64,000 nt of DNA, from assembly GCA_963665235.2 (NCBI GenBank), contig CAXXLX010000001.1, positions 1,888,001 through 1,952,000 of the forward strand, written 5' to 3'. This DNA comes from Candidatus Poribacteria bacterium. GTDB taxonomy: Bacteria > Poribacteria > WGA-4E > WGA-3G. Made by a program: the position numbers and the translations under genes. The notes beneath the pieces were generated by a model. The model worked only from the letters and a program-made list of their open reading frames with translations, had not been told where the DNA came from and made no database searches. Shown in pieces: positions 59,722-64,000 of the stretch; the first letter of the stretch is position 1; every line of letters starts with the position of its first letter.

Positions 59722-60063
59722 TTAATAGTCCCCGTAAAACTGAATACGGTTGCCTTCCGGATCGCGGATATCGAAAATGGCATGTCCGTCGTTATTTTCA
59801 AGTTTCCGTAATCGCTTCCCTTTTGATTTCAGTCGCTGATGAACAGCACTCACGCTTTCGACGTGAAACATCAGTTTTTGTCTCCCTTCGTTGGGTTTGC
59901 TGGCACTATGGAGACACAACGTGCAGGCACCTGCCTTAAAACGGAAAAACCGGTGTTCTGGGAACGGCTGGTCTTCGTCTGGCACTAATCCGATAACGTC
60001 CCTATAAAACGCAATGACAGCCTTCATGTTTTTGACGAAAAGCATAACGCCTGTGAGTTCCAT
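59722..60063 (-). CDS. VOC/glyoxalase family protein
   Basis: FYRDVIGL...DPEGNRI. Confidence 0.85.
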   Translation of the reverse strand: MELTGVMLFVKNMKAVIAFYRDVIGLVPDEDQPFPEHRFFRFKAGACTLCLHSASKPNEGRQKLMFHVESVSAVHQRLKSKGKRLRKLENNDGHAIFDIRDPEGNRIQFYGDY

Positions 60064-60105
60064 GGAATCCTCCTAAACTAAAACAGATAATACGTTCTGA
60101 CAAAA

Positions 60106-61302
60106 TTACCGATCTAATTCGCCCGCGATGACGTTCAAACTTCCTAACACCGCCACCGTGTCGGAGACCATACCGCCTTCTAACATACGCGGCAGTGCCT
60201 GGAAGTGTAGGAAACTCGGCGGCCGGATACGAATACGATAAGCGGTGCCGCTGCCATCGCTGACTATATAAAAACCGAGTTCACCGTTGGGTGATTCGGT
60301 TGCACAATAGTGTTCGCCCTTTGGCGGCTGCACGCCGTGTCCATCCATAACAATTTTAAAGTGATGGATTAATCCCTCGATATGCCCATAAGCATCGGAC
60401 TTGTTTGGCATCGTAATTTTGTTATCCTCCAGGTTCACCGGTCCGTCGGGGAGATTCTCTAGTGCCTGTTTAATTATACCGCAACTTTGAATCATCTCCT
60501 CCATCCGGACGAGGTATCGGTCATAGGCATCGCCATTGGTACCGACTGGGACCTCAAACGTCAATTCATCATAACTGGAATATGGTTCAGCCTTGCGGAT
60601 ATCGTGTGCTATGCCAGTGGCTCGGAGACAGGGCCCTGTTAGTCCATAATTAATCGCATCATCAGCTGAAATAGGTCCAACGCCTTTTGTCCGGTCCATC
60701 CAGATGCGATTCTTTGTGAGGAGCGTATGGGTTTCTTTGAGTGCCTTCGGGAAGTTGGTGACGAATTGTCGTACATCTTCCTCACAACCGTCATAAAGGT
60801 CCCGGAGAACGCCACCGACGCGTGTGTAACTAGTTGTCAACCGTGCGCCGGTAGTCTTTTCAAAGATGCTATACAATTTCTCGCGTTCACGGAAGCTATA
60901 GAGGAATACTGAAAATGCCCCTAAGTCCAGTGCGGCAGTTCCCAGCCATAACAGATGGTCCGCGATGCGGGAAAGCTCTGCCATCAAAATCCGGATATAT
61001 TGACACCGTTTTGTAACTTCAATGCCGAGTAGCTGCTCGACAGCGAGCACATACCCAAAATTGTTGGATAACGGCGACAGATAGTTCATCCGATCGGTCA
61101 CAACGATGTATTGGTTGTAATCTAAGTGTTCACCTAATTTCTCGAACCCGGTATGCAAATAACCGAGATGCGGTGTGGCTTTCACAATAGATTCGCCATC
61201 TAATTCTAATACAATCCGAAGCGTACCGTGTGTTGCCGGATGTTGGGGCCCAAAACTGAGCACCATTTTCTCGCCTGTTGCCCGTTCCATCTCACCGTGC
61301 AT
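60106..61302 (-). CDS. nuoD: NADH-quinone oxidoreductase subunit D
   Basis: GPQHPATHGTLR, GYLHTGFEK, ESPNGELG, GELDR. Confidence 0.97.
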   Translation of the reverse strand: MHGEMERATGEKMVLSFGPQHPATHGTLRIVLELDGESIVKATPHLGYLHTGFEKLGEHLDYNQYIVVTDRMNYLSPLSNNFGYVLAVEQLLGIEVTKRCQYIRILMAELSRIADHLLWLGTAALDLGAFSVFLYSFREREKLYSIFEKTTGARLTTSYTRVGGVLRDLYDGCEEDVRQFVTNFPKALKETHTLLTKNRIWMDRTKGVGPISADDAINYGLTGPCLRATGIAHDIRKAEPYSSYDELTFEVPVGTNGDAYDRYLVRMEEMIQSCGIIKQALENLPDGPVNLEDNKITMPNKSDAYGHIEGLIHHFKIVMDGHGVQPPKGEHYCATESPNGELGFYIVSDGSGTAYRIRIRPPSFLHFQALPRMLEGGMVSDTVAVLGSLNVIAGELDR

Positions 61303-61361
61303 AAGATACTCCTTTCCTGTTTTGATTCACGTCCCTTGTTCGTTGCTGCTGCCATTAGCGG

Positions 61362-61907
61362 TTATGCGTTCTGCTTATCAAAGTTGAAACGTTCCCGTTC
61401 GCCCCGGCCGCGTAGCGGATAATCCTTTCGGAGGGGATGCCCCTCAAAATCGTCCGGCATTAAAATCCGGCGGAGGTCCGGATGCCCCTCAAAATGGATG
61501 CCGAACATATCGTACGTTTCCCGCTCCAGCCAGTTCGCGCCTTTCCACAACGCTGTCACCGATGGCACTTGCAAATCCGATTCATGCACCGGTACTTTGA
61601 CCCGTATCCGGGCCGTTTCCCCTTGATATGCATAGAGATGGTAGACCACCATGAATCTTGCATAATCGAACTGCATCAGCTCCGATTCTAATTTGGAATT
61701 GTCTACGGCTGTTACGTCCACGAGATAGGTGTACGCGAGTTCCGTTTTGAGGTATTCCAGTAGCGCGTAGCTGTTTTCTTTGCCAATGATGACGGTGACA
61801 CCGTCACGGTTTTCCGTGATTGCAATAATATTTTCCGCGTACTGCTCCTGAAGTTTTTGGATGACAAGCGGTTGCGTCTCTTCCGTAACCTCTTTTTCTT
61901 CAGCCAT
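61362..61907 (-). CDS. nuoC: NADH-quinone oxidoreductase subunit C
   Basis: [33 protein letters not shown]. Confidence 0.96.
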   Translation of the reverse strand: MAEEKEVTEETQPLVIQKLQEQYAENIIAITENRDGVTVIIGKENSYALLEYLKTELAYTYLVDVTAVDNSKLESELMQFDYARFMVVYHLYAYQGETARIRVKVPVHESDLQVPSVTALWKGANWLERETYDMFGIHFEGHPDLRRILMPDDFEGHPLRKDYPLRGRGERERFNFDKQNA

Positions 61908-62395
61908 TATGCACCTTCAGCCCCTTTGGGGAGCGCGCCTTTCTGAATCTGCCGTTGTACCTGCATGACAGCATCGATTAAATCTTCGGGTCGCGGTGGG
62001 CACCCCGGGATGTAGACATCAACCGGAATGAACTGGTCAACGCCTTGGATTAAGGTATAGGTATCAAAGACACCGCCACAGGAGGCACAGGCCCCCATTG
62101 AGATAACCCACTTCGGTTCTGGCATTTGGTCGTAAATGCGCTTTAGGACAGGCATCATCTTGATGGAAATCCGCCCGGAAACGATGAGCAGGTCAGATTG
62201 CCGTGGCGAAAACCGAATCGCCTCTGAACCGAATCGAGACAGATCGAATTTTGAGGCGAGCGTTGCCATCATCTCTATGGCGCAACACGCTGTGCCGAAC
62301 GGCATCGGCCACAGTGAATTCTTTCTGCCCCAATTGACGACCTTATCGATGGTTGTCGTGAGAAAGTTGCCATCACCTCTATTTTCTAATCCCAT
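61907..62395 (-). CDS. nuoB: NADH-quinone oxidoreductase subunit B
   Basis: [29 protein letters not shown]. Confidence 0.97.
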   Translation of the reverse strand: MGLENRGDGNFLTTTIDKVVNWGRKNSLWPMPFGTACCAIEMMATLASKFDLSRFGSEAIRFSPRQSDLLIVSGRISIKMMPVLKRIYDQMPEPKWVISMGACASCGGVFDTYTLIQGVDQFIPVDVYIPGCPPRPEDLIDAVMQVQRQIQKGALPKGAEGA

Positions 62396-62757
62396 GTTAA
62401 ACCTCCTTTCCGCCAAGCATAGATATAGCCTAGCAGAAGAATACCGATGAATATTAACATTTCAATTAAAATAAACGCCCCACTCACCCCATCGGATGGA
62501 TTGTTGAAGAACAGTGCCCAGGGATAGAGGAACACCACTTCAATATCAAAAATGATAAAAAGCATCGCGATGAGATCGAACCGGATGGTAAACCGTTGCC
62601 TTGCATCACCAACAGGATTCACGCCGGATTCATATACAGACAACTTGACCGGTGTCGGTTTTTTCGGTCCTAAAAGATGGGTTAGGGCGAGATTAACAGC
62701 CGCAAAGACGACTGCGAATCCCCCTAAAAGCACTATCGGGAGATAATCTGTTAACAT
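62386..62757 (-). CDS. nuoA: NADH-quinone oxidoreductase subunit A
   Basis: [25 protein letters not shown]. Confidence 0.96.
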   Translation of the reverse strand: MLTDYLPIVLLGGFAVVFAAVNLALTHLLGPKKPTPVKLSVYESGVNPVGDARQRFTIRFDLIAMLFIIFDIEVVFLYPWALFFNNPSDGVSGAFILIEMLIFIGILLLGYIYAWRKGGLTWD

Positions 62758-63033
62758 TTGCTCTAATCTATCTGAAACCTTCGGCAATAGGAGAGCTGCC
62801 TCCCTTTGCCAGTAATTACCGCCGATGGGTAGTTTTGTGTTCAAACTTACAAACGAATTTGTGATACTACGTTATAGTTTTACATATTTTGAAAAAAGTG
62901 TCAAGTCTTTTTCAAAAAAAAGAGTGTGTAAAGTTTTTAACACGTCAGCTGCTATAAAACATAACGCCCCTCATAGGGGCTAGGAGAGGAGGGCGTTCTG
63001 TGCTTCTATAAGCATATCGTTCCTACACAACTA

Positions 63034-63182
63034 ATACCATTTCTAATTGAAAATGTCTCTTTCTTGTAGCATAAACTTCCAGTTTGTGTGCTTTATCGTA
63101 GCATAAACTTCCAGTTTGGGTCTTCCGTTCTCCGTTTCATTTCTAACAACCGGTAACGATAGAATAATTAATAAAAATGGTA
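63034..63182. mobile_element. About 150-bp TA-flanked MITE, copy 2 (inverted relative to copy 1)
   Basis: Reverse complement of 23654-23802 with few differences; TA at 63032-63033 and 63183-63184. Confidence 0.88.
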
Positions 63183-63971
63183 TAAGAAGGAGGGACGGAA
63201 ACCCCTGCTTCTATACAACGCAGTTACCGGAACCCGCAGCGAAGCCGTTACGTTGCGCCAAACCGCTTTGAACGCATTCCGATATGCCGGTAAAAGCGAC
63301 TTTAATTGACCCCAAGGTGTCGGCAGTTTCCCTTCAGGTGAAACAGATAGTGCCTTATCGTCTATCCAATCGGGGAAAGAATCGCTGCCCGGATGCTCTG
63401 TCAAACGTGTGAACTTACCGGTCGCAATATGATACTTGTACAGATTATAAGGGTGCAACAGTCCTTTTACCGGTTCCTTCAACTGGACTTTGTATGTGCT
63501 GAGAAGCACTGAGTTTCCGTTATCCATCCAGGCAAGTCCCGCACACCTATAGTTCTTTGGTATGAAGGCTAACCGCCGCGATGTTCCACGGTTGATATCG
63601 TAAATGAAATACTTATAGGCTTGTGGGATAAAGCGTCCTACACCATCTATGACCTCAAAGGTTTTTTCGCTTTGTAAATACAGTATCTGTTGGTCTCCAT
63701 TGGGTGCGGATGCCCATCTCGGGTAGACTCTATCGATAAGCGGTTGCTTTGGTAGTGGGGGTAGCAGTTCGTGTGGTTTGTGTCCATCCGCATCCATCAT
63801 CCAAAGATTGGAACCGGTTCTTCCAAGGATCGAAAAGGGTGTAAATACAATCTTCTTACCATCCGGGGACCAAACCGGCCAGTTCGCACCGAGCTCGGCA
63901 ATATGTTCAATTGCACCGGTTGCTAAATCCATCACACATATAAAAGATGTGCTTTTGTTGTTTCTTCTCAC
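63168..63971 (-). CDS. TolB/PD40 propeller protein with Poribacteria-type C-terminal motif (5' end probably outside the window)
   Basis: PVWSPDGKKI, RLTEHPGSDSFPDW, SVSPEGKLPTPWGQLK; current stop is supplied by the MITE. Confidence 0.75.
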   Translation of the reverse strand: MRRNNKSTSFICVMDLATGAIEHIAELGANWPVWSPDGKKIVFTPFSILGRTGSNLWMMDADGHKPHELLPPLPKQPLIDRVYPRWASAPNGDQQILYLQSEKTFEVIDGVGRFIPQAYKYFIYDINRGTSRRLAFIPKNYRCAGLAWMDNGNSVLLSTYKVQLKEPVKGLLHPYNLYKYHIATGKFTRLTEHPGSDSFPDWIDDKALSVSPEGKLPTPWGQLKSLLPAYRNAFKAVWRNVTASLRVPVTALYRSRGFRPSFLYHFY

Positions 63972-64000
63972 GTCTTGGTTAAAAACAATAGACGTGCCAT

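Noticed and set aside
614-63000. Numerous antisense and nested ORFs in the ORF track (e.g. 614-1147, 1460-2026, 32641-33222)
   Set aside because: Shadows of well-supported genes with no recognisable motifs or RBS
1-64000. tRNA, rRNA, tmRNA or riboswitch
   Set aside because: No recognisable cloverleaf, rRNA signature or aptamer consensus seen by eye; a cmscan would be needed to exclude them formally

Overview
AT-moderate bacterial chromosomal segment, most likely Candidatus Poribacteria (inferred from the C-terminal motif SVSPEGKLPTPWGQLK in the last ORF, FlgD/T9SS-like C-terminal domains and dense short-repeat intergenic elements). Housekeeping blocks on the minus strand are an F1Fo ATP synthase operon (atpZ-I-B-E-F-H-A-G, with no atpD/atpC in the window) and a complex I operon (nuoA-N, with no nuoI, a VOC gene between nuoD and nuoE, and a putative Na+/H+ antiporter between nuoM and nuoN). 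Between atpG and the metabolic genes at the left lies a ~14 kb defence-like island bracketed by a 21-bp direct repeat. It holds a PLD-SNF2 helicase, an Eco57I-like methyltransferase disrupted by an ISAs1 element, a TA-flanked MITE and frameshifts, a TIR / small membrane protein / TIR operon, a divergent DUF932-like gene, a second copy of the membrane protein, and FRG + TPR genes. Most of these modules have their own promoter and are separated by a 9-mer repeat family. Other notable items: (i) a four-copy tandem array after nuoN of a 2-TM protein with shuffled heptad tails, where both truncated copies keep an internal RBS+ATG; (ii) two protein-less IS200/IS605-type elements, one IscB/omegaRNA-like and one TnpB-like with a structured RNA cargo; (iii) an FGE/CLec lipoprotein whose 3' end looks like a DGR variable region; (iv) an ECF sigma operon with chimeric DUF4252 fusions. 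All family calls come from motif recognition by eye, with no database searches. Several single-base frameshifts may be assembly errors.
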